From NCBI GenBank assembly GCA_031296305.1, contig JARLFZ010000003.1:20164-84163 (forward strand): a stretch of 64,000 bases of DNA, given 5' to 3'. Source of the DNA: Terracidiphilus sp. GTDB lineage: Bacteria > Acidobacteriota > Terriglobia > Terriglobales > Acidobacteriaceae. The notes under the pieces were generated by a model, which did not search any database, was not told the origin of the DNA, and saw only the letters and a list, made by a program, of their open reading frames with translations. Positions 1 through 9,111 of the stretch are shown in pieces. Made by a program: the position numbers and the translations under genes. Each line of letters starts with the position of its first letter. The first letter of the stretch is position 1.

Positions 1-1957
1 GTTTTTTTCTAGGGTTCTCGTTCCAGTCGTCGGTGTCGATTTTGCTGCCGATGATGGTGAGGCCTTCCTGCTGGATGCGCCAGGCGGGCTCGGCCTCAAG
101 GTCGGTGTCGGGCTCTTCGTCAATGTCGTAGGGCGGGCGGAAGTAGAGCGGCTGGATGCCCAGCTTGCTCTCGAAGAGGCGCTCGGTGAGTTTCACCTCA
201 AGGTCGAGCTGGCGCGCGGAGATCTCGCTGATGTCGGGATGCGTCCAGGTGTGATTGCCGATCTCGTTGCCTTCGCGGACGATGCGCCGCATGACGCCGA
301 TGTTGTCGGCAGCCTCAGCACCGATGAGCAGGAAAGTAGCAGTGGCGTGATGCTGCTTGAGGACGTCGAGAATTTTGGGCGTCCACTTGGGATCGGGGCC
401 GTCGTCGAAGGAGAGCGCCAGCTCGTGGGGATTGTAGCCGTATTGCTGGTCGACCCATGGGTGCGGATACACGTCCATGTGCTCGTCGACGACGAGTTTT
501 TTGCGCGGGTCGGGCTCGTCGGTATCCACCTCCAAGGTGCGCGTGCCCTTTGCAGGCAGGCCGGTGATGCGCAGAATATCGCCTACACCCTCGGTGTCAA
601 CGTCGTGGCCGGGTTGAACCGTGTCCAGCGCCTGCAGCGAAGACGGATCGCTGGGATGATCCCAGATGTTCCAGAGCGAACTGTCTTCTTCTCCGAGACG
701 CCAGAGGGCGAAGGTCTGCAGACCGAGCTGCCGCGCGGCGCGCATTTCGTCGAGAAGTGAAACCGCATCGAGGAACCAGACCACGTGGCGCTGGTTGGAG
801 TCTTCATCGATGTATTCGTAATGAGGATTGAGGGCGTCGTAGTTGAGATCGAGATCGGCGTCGGCGTCGGAGGCGCGCTCCCAGGCATCGGAGACGGAAA
901 GATTGTCGGTATTGAGGACCTTGGGCTTGGGATGATGCGGATCCTTCGGGTCGGGAATGGAGAGGGCCCAATCATAGCCATAGTTGCCCACACCGCAGAT
1001 GAGCTTGTCCTTGGGCACCACCTTGAGCACACGGACCAGATTGGCGATGAACCAGGGCTGGCTGGCGATGGGTCCGGGATCGCTGGTGGTCTGGTGCTCG
1101 TCGTAGTTCATGAGAATGATGCCGTCAGAATTCGCGGCAATGGTCTTGAGGTCGCTGTCGCTGGTGGCCACGGCGGCGTTGACATAGAGGCGCAAATTGC
1201 GGGCGCGCATATCCTGATAGAGCGCCTGGATGAAGCTCAGGTAGGCGGGAATGTCCTCGTCGGCGATGCTTTCAATATCTAGAGAGAGGCCGTGATAGAC
1301 GGGATATGTGGCGAGCAAGCGCATGATCTGCTGGCGAAACGCAGCGCTTTTCTGCGGGTCCTGAAGTACATCGCCGACACCGGTATCCCACTCCTGGGTG
1401 TGAGGATTGAAATTATTGAGGGCAGGGAAGACCTCGGTGTCGGTGTGGGCCTTCTGAATCACCTGCTTTACTTTGTTCAGGTCGTCGGGATCGTGCACGG
1501 TGACGCCCTGGATGACGGGATACTCGCGCAGGTTGTCGCCGCTCATCATCATGAGCGTGCCCTGGGGCGAGTCCACGTGCAGCCACTGAGGAAACAGCAG
1601 ATCGATCTGGTGTACGTGTTCAATGAGCGAAGAGTAGCTGGCCGCGTCGTCCTGCACGTAATAGGCGGCGCGCAAACCTTCGCCGGTATTCAAGGGAATC
1701 TCAGAAGGCTTGCGCTTGGTTTTGCGGCGCGCGGGACGCTGGTTTTTGGCGTTGCGGAGAGCAGAGGTGTCGGGCAGTGCTTTGTAATTGTGGCGGGGGA
1801 TCGGCAGCAAGAGCTCCGGCAGGTGCTGGCCGCGCAGTACATTGAAGATAAAGCCGGCGACCACCAGGGTGGACACCACGGCGGTTATATCCAGAATGCG
1901 GCGCAGACGCTTCCAGCGTTTGCGTTGCGGATCGTAGAAAATTTGCCGGTCGGGCAT
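1..1957 (-). CDS. GH18-like + polysaccharide deacetylase (CE4) fusion, probably with a C-terminal GT2 beyond the window edge (partial)
   Basis: Absent from the ORF track because it runs off the edge. Manual translation from ATG 1957: MPDRQIFYDPQRKRWKRLRR, a TM helix, GH18-like GLSLDIE and ILMNYDEH, then CE4 motifs ALSFDDGP, IGNHTWTHP and YFRPPY. Confidence 0.85.
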   Translation of the reverse strand, partial: MPDRQIFYDPQRKRWKRLRRILDITAVVSTLVVAGFIFNVLRGQHLPELLLPIPRHNYKALPDTSALRNAKNQRPARRKTKRKPSEIPLNTGEGLRAAYYVQDDAASYSSLIEHVHQIDLLFPQWLHVDSPQGTLMMMSGDNLREYPVIQGVTVHDPDDLNKVKQVIQKAHTDTEVFPALNNFNPHTQEWDTGVGDVLQDPQKSAAFRQQIMRLLATYPVYHGLSLDIESIADEDIPAYLSFIQALYQDMRARNLRLYVNAAVATSDSDLKTIAANSDGIILMNYDEHQTTSDPGPIASQPWFIANLVRVLKVVPKDKLICGVGNYGYDWALSIPDPKDPHHPKPKVLNTDNLSVSDAWERASDADADLDLNYDALNPHYEYIDEDSNQRHVVWFLDAVSLLDEMRAARQLGLQTFALWRLGEEDSSLWNIWDHPSDPSSLQALDTVQPGHDVDTEGVGDILRITGLPAKGTRTLEVDTDEPDPRKKLVVDEHMDVYPHPWVDQQYGYNPHELALSFDDGPDPKWTPKILDVLKQHHATATFLLIGAEAADNIGVMRRIVREGNEIGNHTWTHPDISEISARQLDLEVKLTERLFESKLGIQPLYFRPPYDIDEEPDTDLEAEPAWRIQQEGLTIIGSKIDTDDWNENPRKK

Positions 1958-2091
1958 GGGTGTTCTTGATGACTCCGGCGCGAAAACCGCGCTGAGAATG
2001 CCACAGCACCCACCAGCTGACCGCCCTGGCCACGATTGGCAAGGCGCGCAATCCCTGGAAATGCCGTACGCTGCTATACAGTACGAATCGT

Positions 2092-3666
2092 ATGGAAGCT
2101 GCCCAAGAGAGTCAATTGACGGCCCGGATGCGAGCCCGCTTGCGAGGCTGGTTGCGCATGTCGGCGCGCGGGGTGGGCGGGTATCTGCGCCCGGCCCTGC
2201 CTATGGCGCTGGCCCTGGGTGCGGGCCTGGCATTGCGCCTGTGGATGCTGGGAAAACTCTTCGACATTAATGGCGACATGCTGATTTACGGGGACCTGGC
2301 TAAGAATCTTCTGCTTCACGGCCAATATGCCCTGACCCCACCCGGCGGCGCGATCTACTCGACGTTGATCCGGCTGCCGGGCTACCCGCTGTTTCTCGCC
2401 CTGTGCTTCAAGATCTTCGGGATGGAGAACTACTTTGCCGCGGCGTGCGTGCAGATTGCCTTGGATTTGCTGGGCTGCCTGCTGCTGGCGGGGTTTGTGC
2501 GGCGCATTGTGCCCCGGCGCGGGCAAGCCGCGGCGCTGATCACTCTCTGGCTGGCCGCGCTCTGCCCCTTCACCGCTTCGTACACCGTGGCTACGCTTGC
2601 GGAGACGCCTACGCTCTTCATGCTGGCGCTGGCCATGTGGGCGATGGCGCGCTTTCACGACGAACCGCGCTGGGTGAATGCGCTTTGGTTTACGTTTGCG
2701 GTCACTGGGGCGGCGCTATTGCGCCCCGACGGCGCGCTGGCTGCGGTGGCTTTTGCGCCGGCGCTGTTGATTGGGATTGGTCGCCGGTGCCGCCGGACTC
2801 GTGGCCTTCCGCAATCGGGTGCGGGTCTGGAGACCCACACGACGGCCGGTCAGGAGACCGGCGCTACTTCCAGGAGTCCGAAGACCGGCGCTACATCAAT
2901 GGCGCGCATGGCTGTGGTTTGCGTGCTGCTGGCGCTGGCGCCTTTTTCGGTGTGGACGGCGCGCAACTGGCGCGTCTTTCACGTGATTGAGCCGTTGGCG
3001 CCGCGGCTGGCTACCGACCCCGGCGAAAGCACCAATCCCGGATGGCAGCGCTGGGTGAAAAGCTGGTGCCTCGATTTCATCTCGACGTACGAGATCTACT
3101 GGAACGTGCCGGGGGATAGGCTCGACGTGAGCGAATTGCCCAACCGCGCCTTCGACACGCCGACTGAGTACGCCGAGACCGCGGCGCTGGCCGAGGACTA
3201 CAACAGCCACGGGTATCAATTGTCGCCGGAGATCGATGCGGGCTTTGAACGGCTCGCCGAGAAGCATATTGCCGCGCATCGATTGGGCTACTATGTGGGT
3301 CTGCCGCTGGGGCGCGTGGCCGATATGTGGCTGCGCCCGCGCGTCGAAAACCTGAACATCGACCTCGACTGGTGGGTTTATGAGCACCATAACTCGGAAA
3401 CCGAGTTCAGCTGGGCCTACGCGGGATTGAATGCGCTTTACCTGCTACTGGCGATTGTTGGGCTGAGCGTGAGGCCGCGCTTTTGGGGCGCGCTGCTTGC
3501 CTATCTGCTGCTGCGCAGCCTGTTGCTCGGGACCGTGGAAGCGCCCGAGACACGCTACACGCTGGAGTGTTTCCCCATGCTGTTTGTGCTGGGCGGGGTG
3601 GCGATTGCGCGGCTGATGGATCGGTCTTATTTGTCGAAATCGAAGGCGGTCCTGGGCAGGGGTTGA
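2092..3666 (+). CDS. GT-C fold (GT39/PMT/ArnT-like) integral membrane glycosyltransferase
   Basis: Many TM helices; motifs RLPGYPLFL, LAETPTLF, LLRPDG, WTARNW and ETRYTLE; paralogue of 23345..24769. Confidence 0.8.
   Translation: MEAAQESQLTARMRARLRGWLRMSARGVGGYLRPALPMALALGAGLALRLWMLGKLFDINGDMLIYGDLAKNLLLHGQYALTPPGGAIYSTLIRLPGYPLFLALCFKIFGMENYFAAACVQIALDLLGCLLLAGFVRRIVPRRGQAAALITLWLAALCPFTASYTVATLAETPTLFMLALAMWAMARFHDEPRWVNALWFTFAVTGAALLRPDGALAAVAFAPALLIGIGRRCRRTRGLPQSGAGLETHTTAGQETGATSRSPKTGATSMARMAVVCVLLALAPFSVWTARNWRVFHVIEPLAPRLATDPGESTNPGWQRWVKSWCLDFISTYEIYWNVPGDRLDVSELPNRAFDTPTEYAETAALAEDYNSHGYQLSPEIDAGFERLAEKHIAAHRLGYYVGLPLGRVADMWLRPRVENLNIDLDWWVYEHHNSETEFSWAYAGLNALYLLLAIVGLSVRPRFWGALLAYLLLRSLLLGTVEAPETRYTLECFPMLFVLGGVAIARLMDRSYLSKSKAVLGRG
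2819..2894 (-). repeat. GTAG-type REP-like doublet inside the coding sequence
   Basis: Hairpins GTGCGGGTCT-GG-AGACCCACAC and GCCGGTC-AGGA-GACCGGC followed by GCTAC (GTAG on the minus strand); partial extra copy GACCGGCGCTAC at 2883-2894. Confidence 0.75.
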
Positions 3667-4292
3667 TTCACCTTCAAGTTGGTGTAGTGGCAGACATAGG
3701 ATTGCCCTTGGCCTTCGTCGAAGACCACCTTAAGGCTGACGGCGCGGGCCGTGTCCATCCAGGCAGTCACCTTGACAATGTTTTTGCGCACGTTTGGATC
3801 TTTCGCCACCAGTTCCAGCTTGTCGGTTAGGACGCCATCGATTTTTTCCTGACCGAGATATTTAATATCCCACTTCTGCTCGAGGTCCTTGCCGCTGGCG
3901 CCGAAGCCCAGCACGAAATAGCTCTCGTACTTTTTGGCCTGGTCGTAGGGCTTGGCGTCCTTTTCCTTGCCAGTATCGGAAACGCGCAGCGTGCCGCCGG
4001 AAAAGATGTAGGCTTTTCCCGTGGGCCGGCCCTGGTGCGCTGTAAAATGAACGGCCATCTCGAAGTGGCTATTGCGCTCGTAATAGGCGGTTCCGGTCAT
4101 TACATCCGTGTCCGGAATCGGGTCGGTCTGGATGCTATCGAACTCGACGGTAGCGGTGGCGGTGTGAAAGCCAACGGCTGCGGCATCGAGCTGCTTGAGC
4201 ACACTGGCCAAATCCTCAGCGTGTGCGGGCCGAAGTGGCAGAATCGCGACTGCAACGAGCGCGAGGAATACAAGATAAGTGCGTGAATGCAT
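3627..4292 (-). CDS. LolA-like periplasmic lipoprotein carrier / outer-membrane lipoprotein-sorting protein
   Basis: Signal peptide; beta-rich LolA-like pattern (LELVAKD...KVTAWMD...YTNLKVNQPLPRTAFDF). Confidence 0.7.
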   Translation of the reverse strand: MHSRTYLVFLALVAVAILPLRPAHAEDLASVLKQLDAAAVGFHTATATVEFDSIQTDPIPDTDVMTGTAYYERNSHFEMAVHFTAHQGRPTGKAYIFSGGTLRVSDTGKEKDAKPYDQAKKYESYFVLGFGASGKDLEQKWDIKYLGQEKIDGVLTDKLELVAKDPNVRKNIVKVTAWMDTARAVSLKVVFDEGQGQSYVCHYTNLKVNQPLPRTAFDFDK

Positions 4293-4346
4293 GAGATTCC
4301 TTAACTGATTGGACGCAGAATGGGGCCCGAAGGATGGAAAAAGAAC

Positions 4347-4775
4347 CTAGCGGTGCGCCCAAATCTTCCAGGCCAGATTTCCCTGGGCGTCGGGGACGGT
4401 CTCCCACTTCTCCACGAAGACGGAGTCGCCCATCACGGGCTCGATGGCCTGACGCAGCGCCTTTTTGACTTGCTGGTTGGAGGCGCCCGCGGGAATAGTT
4501 ACATCCGAAGCCTGCACCGTGACGATGACGCCGCGGCCGTTGCCGACCACCTGCATGGGATGCGCGGGGCCTCCGGAGAGCGGCGGCTTGGCGCCGTAAT
4601 CCCATAGATGCGGGGTGATGAAGATGAAGAGCAGGATCAAGGTGACCATGATGTCGAAGTGGATCGACCCGCGCGAGTAGGTCCAGTAGAAATAGCTGTG
4701 CAGAATTTGCTTGATGCCGCGTCGGGGCTGGGCGGTCGCGCCAACTGGTGCGCCGTTCGATGAAGAAGATGCCAT
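4347..4775 (-). CDS. Conserved hypothetical membrane protein
   Basis: One TM segment (YSRGSIHFDIMVTLILLFIFITP); start overlaps the serS stop (TGATG). Confidence 0.7.
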   Translation of the reverse strand: MASSSSNGAPVGATAQPRRGIKQILHSYFYWTYSRGSIHFDIMVTLILLFIFITPHLWDYGAKPPLSGGPAHPMQVVGNGRGVIVTVQASDVTIPAGASNQQVKKALRQAIEPVMGDSVFVEKWETVPDAQGNLAWKIWAHR

Positions 4776-6109
4776 CAGGACTCCCTCACAATTTTATCGA
4801 GTCCGCCCATGTAAGGGCGAATGGCCTCGGGAATTTCGACCGAGCCGTCGGCCTGCTGGTAGTTCTCAAGAATGGCGAGCCAGGTGCGGCCCACGGCCAG
4901 GCCGCTGCCGTTGAGCGTGTGCACAAATTCCGGCTTGGCCTTGGGGCCTGACGGCCGATAGCGAATATTGGCCCTTCGTGCCTGAAAGGCGTCGAAGTTC
5001 GAGCACGATGAGATTTCGCGGTAAAGATTCTGGCCCGGCAGCCAGACTTCGAGGTCGTAGGTCTTGGCGGAAGAAAAGCCGGTGTCGCCAGTCGAGAGAA
5101 GAACGCGGCGGTAGGGAAGGTTAAGCGCCTCGAGAATCTCTTCGGCATTGCGCGTCAGCTTTTCGTGCGCTGCGTCGGACTCTTCGGGGCGCGTGAATTT
5201 GACCAGTTCGACTTTTTGGAATTGGTGCTGGCGGATGATGCCGCGGGTATCTTTTCCAGCGGCGCCGGCTTCGGCGCGGAAGCACGGCGTATAGGCTGTG
5301 AGCGAGATGGGCAGGCGCGCTTCGTCGAGAATTTCGTCGCGGTAAAGATTGGTGACGGGAACTTCGGCGGTGGGGATGAGCCAGTGGTCGTTGTCCTTGA
5401 ACTCGCCGCGCGTGGCGGCCTCGGCATCGGCATCGGAGCAGCGGAACAGGTCCTCGGCAAACTTGGGCAACTGGCCAGTGCCGAAGAGGGATTTGGAATT
5501 GACCATGAACGGCGGCAGGACTTCTTTGTAGCCGTGCTTCTGGGTGTGCATGTCGAGCATGAAGCCGATGAGCGCGCGCTCAAGGCGGGCACCTGCGCCC
5601 ATGTAGACGGCAAAGCGCGCGCCGGAGAGTTTGGCCGCGCGTTCAAGATCGAGAATGCCGAGGGATTCGCCAATCTCCCAATGAGGCTTGGGCTCGAAGT
5701 CGAATTTCTTCTGCTCACCCCAATGTTTGACGACTTTGTTGTCGGCTTCGGAGAGGCCGGTGGGGACTTCGTCGCGGGTGAGGTTGGGAACGCGGGCGAG
5801 AGACAGGCGCAACTGCTCGTCGAGGGCGGCGGCTGCTTTGTCGAGCTCGTCGAGCTTGTCTTTCAACGCGCGGGTCTCGTCCATGACAGCCGCGGCTTCG
5901 TCATTCTTACCGGTTTTTTTGAGCGCGCCTACCTGTTGCGAGAGCTCGTTGCGGCGGGCCTTGAGCTGCTCCGATTGCGTGATGGCTTCGCGGCGGCTCT
6001 TGTCTAGGGCGCGAAAATCGCCGAGCAACGCGGCGGGGTCGGCCCCGCGCGCACGGAGCTTCTCCTCTACCAACTCCAGGTTGGCGCGAACGAAAGATAG
6101 ATCGAGCAT
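4775..6109 (-). CDS. serS: Serine--tRNA ligase
   Basis: N-terminal coiled coil; motifs [30 protein letters not shown] and [12 protein letters not shown]. Confidence 0.98.
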   Translation of the reverse strand: MLDLSFVRANLELVEEKLRARGADPAALLGDFRALDKSRREAITQSEQLKARRNELSQQVGALKKTGKNDEAAAVMDETRALKDKLDELDKAAAALDEQLRLSLARVPNLTRDEVPTGLSEADNKVVKHWGEQKKFDFEPKPHWEIGESLGILDLERAAKLSGARFAVYMGAGARLERALIGFMLDMHTQKHGYKEVLPPFMVNSKSLFGTGQLPKFAEDLFRCSDADAEAATRGEFKDNDHWLIPTAEVPVTNLYRDEILDEARLPISLTAYTPCFRAEAGAAGKDTRGIIRQHQFQKVELVKFTRPEESDAAHEKLTRNAEEILEALNLPYRRVLLSTGDTGFSSAKTYDLEVWLPGQNLYREISSCSNFDAFQARRANIRYRPSGPKAKPEFVHTLNGSGLAVGRTWLAILENYQQADGSVEIPEAIRPYMGGLDKIVRES

Positions 6110-6121
6110 GCATCTAGTATT

Positions 6122-7492
6122 TTACTCGACGGCCTTTGCCGCCGGCTGCGCGTTGGCCTCGGCTGGCTCTCCCTGCGATTGTTCCTTCCAGCCGGGGAGA
6201 TTTTGGTCGCCGACGATGAGGCGCGCGCCACGCGTGAAGTTGAAATAGGTCCAGGCCCAGTTGATCAACACCGAAATGCGGTTGCGGAAGCCGATGAGAA
6301 AAAAGATGTGCACGGTGACCCACGTGAACCAGGCGGGGAAGCCGCTCATGTGCGCTCTGAAGGGCCACTTCACATCGGCGACGGCGGCCATGCGTCCGAT
6401 GGTGGCCATATCGCCCTTGTCCCAGTAGCGGAAGGCGGGACGCGGCTTGCCCGCGAGGTCGGCGGCGATGATTTTTCCCACGTGATCGCCCATCTGCATG
6501 GCCGGCTGAGCGACTCCGGGGATCTGGCGGCCGTCCTGCTCGAAGTGGGCGAGGTCGCCGAGGACAAAGACCTCAGGCAGCGCAGGCGGATTGAGGCGGT
6601 CGTCGACCAGAACGCAGCCGCGGCGGTCGAGTGGCGCGCCCAGCAGCTTGCCCAGTGGCGAGGCTGCGACGCCGGCGGCCCACAACGTGACGGCGGCTTC
6701 AATACGATTTCCGTTGGCTTCAACCCAGCCGGGACCGACGCCAGTAACCTGCATCTGCGTGTGGACTTCGACGCCGAGGTGACGGAGCTCGGCTTCGGCT
6801 TTGGCGGAGAGATCAGGGGGATAGGCCGCCAGCACACGCGGGCCGCCATCGAGCAGCATCACGCGGCTTTTGGTGGGATCGATGTGGCGAAAATCGTGGC
6901 GCATGTAGAGCTGGGCGATATCGCTGATGGCGCCGGCCAGTTCGACTCCGGTGGGCCCGCCGCCAATGACGACAAAATTGAGCGGTGGGTGGGAGCCCTG
7001 CTCCAGCGTCTGGCGCTCGGCAAGTTCGAAGGCCAGCAGCACGCGGCGGCGAATCTCGGTGGCGTCTTCGATAGTTTTGAGGCCGGGCGCGAGCGGCTCC
7101 CATTGATCGTTGCCGAAATAGGAGTGCGTGGCGCCGGTGGCGAGGACGAGATAGTCGTAAGGGAGGCGGGAGCCGCTGGCCAGCGTTACCTGACGTGCAG
7201 TAACGTCGATGCGAACCACCTCGTCCATGAGCACCTCAGTGTTGTTCTGATGGCGCAGGATGGAGCGGATGGGCTGGGCGATGTCGGCGGGCGAGAGCAC
7301 AGCCAGCGCCACCTGATAAAGCAGCGGCTGAAAGAGGTAGTGATTGCGCCGGTCGACCAGCGTCACATCGACGGGTAAGCGCGCGAGACCTTTGGCCGCG
7401 TTGAGACCGGCAAAGCCTCCGCCGACGATGATTACGCGGGGACGGCGCGGCGGCGCTTGCTTGTAATCGGGCGGATTGGTGAATTCACCCAA
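6122..7492 (-). CDS. ndh: Type II NADH dehydrogenase
   Basis: Motifs GGGFAG, YLFQPLLYQVA, GGGPTGVELAG, VAQPAMQ and DKGDMATIGR. Confidence 0.93.
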   Translation of the reverse strand: MGEFTNPPDYKQAPPRRPRVIIVGGGFAGLNAAKGLARLPVDVTLVDRRNHYLFQPLLYQVALAVLSPADIAQPIRSILRHQNNTEVLMDEVVRIDVTARQVTLASGSRLPYDYLVLATGATHSYFGNDQWEPLAPGLKTIEDATEIRRRVLLAFELAERQTLEQGSHPPLNFVVIGGGPTGVELAGAISDIAQLYMRHDFRHIDPTKSRVMLLDGGPRVLAAYPPDLSAKAEAELRHLGVEVHTQMQVTGVGPGWVEANGNRIEAAVTLWAAGVAASPLGKLLGAPLDRRGCVLVDDRLNPPALPEVFVLGDLAHFEQDGRQIPGVAQPAMQMGDHVGKIIAADLAGKPRPAFRYWDKGDMATIGRMAAVADVKWPFRAHMSGFPAWFTWVTVHIFFLIGFRNRISVLINWAWTYFNFTRGARLIVGDQNLPGWKEQSQGEPAEANAQPAAKAVE

Positions 7493-7594
7493 TGGCGGAC
7501 CTCACTATTGAAAAGATGCGCGAGAGGCTCCACGCGTCACAGAATTCAGGAGAAAAACCGGCGGGAAGTTAGAGGGCTGCGGTAGCATCCAGCT

Positions 7595-8473
7595 ATGATT
7601 GCGGGCGTTTCGTGGACGTGGTGGGTGGGGTTTCACGCGGTGGTGGCGGCGGTGCTGCTGGCGGACTCGTTTCTGCCCGGCCGCCGGCGCGAATCGCGGC
7701 ACGCACAGGCATTTGTGTGGGTGGAACTTGCGGGTTTGGTGCTGGCCGCAGCGGGATTTGCCTGCTGGATCGCCGTGGCCCAGGGACGACAACCGGCGAT
7801 TGAGTTTGCAGCCGGGTACACGATCGAAACGTCACTGAGCATCGACAACTTGTTTGTGTTTATGGTGCTGTTTCAGGGGTTTCGGATCAGCGCGCAGCGG
7901 CAACATAAGGCACTCATGTGGGGCGTATGGGGCGCGTTCGTGCTGAGGGCACTGTTTATTGCGGCGGGTATCTCATTGCTGCGGCGGTTTGAGTGGGTCA
8001 CCTGGGTCTTCGGATTGTTTCTGCTCTATATGGCGTGGCGGCTGGTACGCGGCGGCTCGGCGCACGCGGCGATACCGGAGTGGATTGTCCGCCTGCAGCC
8101 TGCTAAGGGATCGCTGCTGCCCGTGATTCTGGCCGTCGAATTCACCGATCTGCTTTTTGCCACCGATTCCATACCGGCGATTCTGTCGATCACGCACAAT
8201 CCATTTGTGGCATACACGTCGAACGTGATGGCGATTCTGGGGCTGCGCTCGCTGTATTTTGCGCTGTCCGGAATGCTGGAGCGCTTTCGCAATTTGCATT
8301 ATGGGTTGGGCGCAATTCTGGCCTTTACGGCGCTGAAGATGCTGGCGGCGCGATGGATTGAGGTGCCGGCCACGATTTCGCTGGTGGTGATCGGCGTGAT
8401 TTTGGCGGTGTGGGCGGTGTTCACTGCAAGGGAGCAAGGGAGCAAGGGAGCGAGGGAGCGAGAAGGCCAATAG
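7595..8473 (+). CDS. TerC/Alx family metal homeostasis membrane protein
   Basis: Motifs ETSLSIDNLFVF, DLLFATDSIPA and SNVMAILGLRSLYF. Confidence 0.92.
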   Translation: MIAGVSWTWWVGFHAVVAAVLLADSFLPGRRRESRHAQAFVWVELAGLVLAAAGFACWIAVAQGRQPAIEFAAGYTIETSLSIDNLFVFMVLFQGFRISAQRQHKALMWGVWGAFVLRALFIAAGISLLRRFEWVTWVFGLFLLYMAWRLVRGGSAHAAIPEWIVRLQPAKGSLLPVILAVEFTDLLFATDSIPAILSITHNPFVAYTSNVMAILGLRSLYFALSGMLERFRNLHYGLGAILAFTALKMLAARWIEVPATISLVVIGVILAVWAVFTAREQGSKGAREREGQ

Positions 8474-8537
8474 GCGTGGGCGCTAGCACGCTTCGAAGCG
8501 GAAATTGCCGTCGCGGGCGAAAGCTGAGGCCTGAAGA

Positions 8538-8987
8538 TTACTGGCCTGCGGGCTGGGCCAGGGGCTCGAAGATCCGCTCGTCGATGTTGAATCTGTGGTC
8601 GATGAGAATCCAGCCGTTCGTCGTTCTGTAGAGAAGAAACCGGGCGATGTTGGGCAGCCTCTCGAAGTTCAGTGCAAGGTAGATGACGCGTAGATGGGGC
8701 GTGAGGTCCTGCACGTTCACGACATCGAAGTTCTGGTAGGCGCCGCTGTCGGCCATTACGGAACGCAGCGCTCTGGCGTTCGGCTCTTCCAAGGCAGCGG
8801 GAGTTCCGGTCGCCCAGGCTCTCTCGGCTTCTTCCGGCTTACCCATGGCGAGCTGATGCAATCCTTCGAAGACAAAAGCGGGAATTCTTGCGGAGGCAGG
8901 CTCGCCATAGACAGGCGCTTGTGCAATCGATGGTATGGAAAGAATTGTGAGGAGACTGAAACTTGCTACGAACGATGAGATTCGCAT
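8538..8987 (-). CDS. Hypothetical secreted protein
   Basis: Signal peptide (PSIA-QAP); fills the gap between terC and nadB. Confidence 0.7.
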   Translation of the reverse strand: MRISSFVASFSLLTILSIPSIAQAPVYGEPASARIPAFVFEGLHQLAMGKPEEAERAWATGTPAALEEPNARALRSVMADSGAYQNFDVVNVQDLTPHLRVIYLALNFERLPNIARFLLYRTTNGWILIDHRFNIDERIFEPLAQPAGQ

Positions 8988-9111
8988 GGCAGCCTTTCTT
9001 TGGGGATCATTGACCGGAATTTGATTGCTCTACGAGGATAGACGGTCCTGCGGAAGCGAGCGCTCTTGCTTTGCGCAGTGAGCCGGGGAGATAGGACTCA
9101 GGCGGTGGACC

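Noticed and set aside
239-1969. Plus-strand ORFs 239..760, 785..1282 and 1292..1969
   Set aside because: Antisense shadows of the minus-strand GH18-CE4 gene that the ORF track missed.
7493-7594. yybP-ykoY Mn riboswitch upstream of terC
   Set aside because: No recognisable aptamer; the start looks leaderless.
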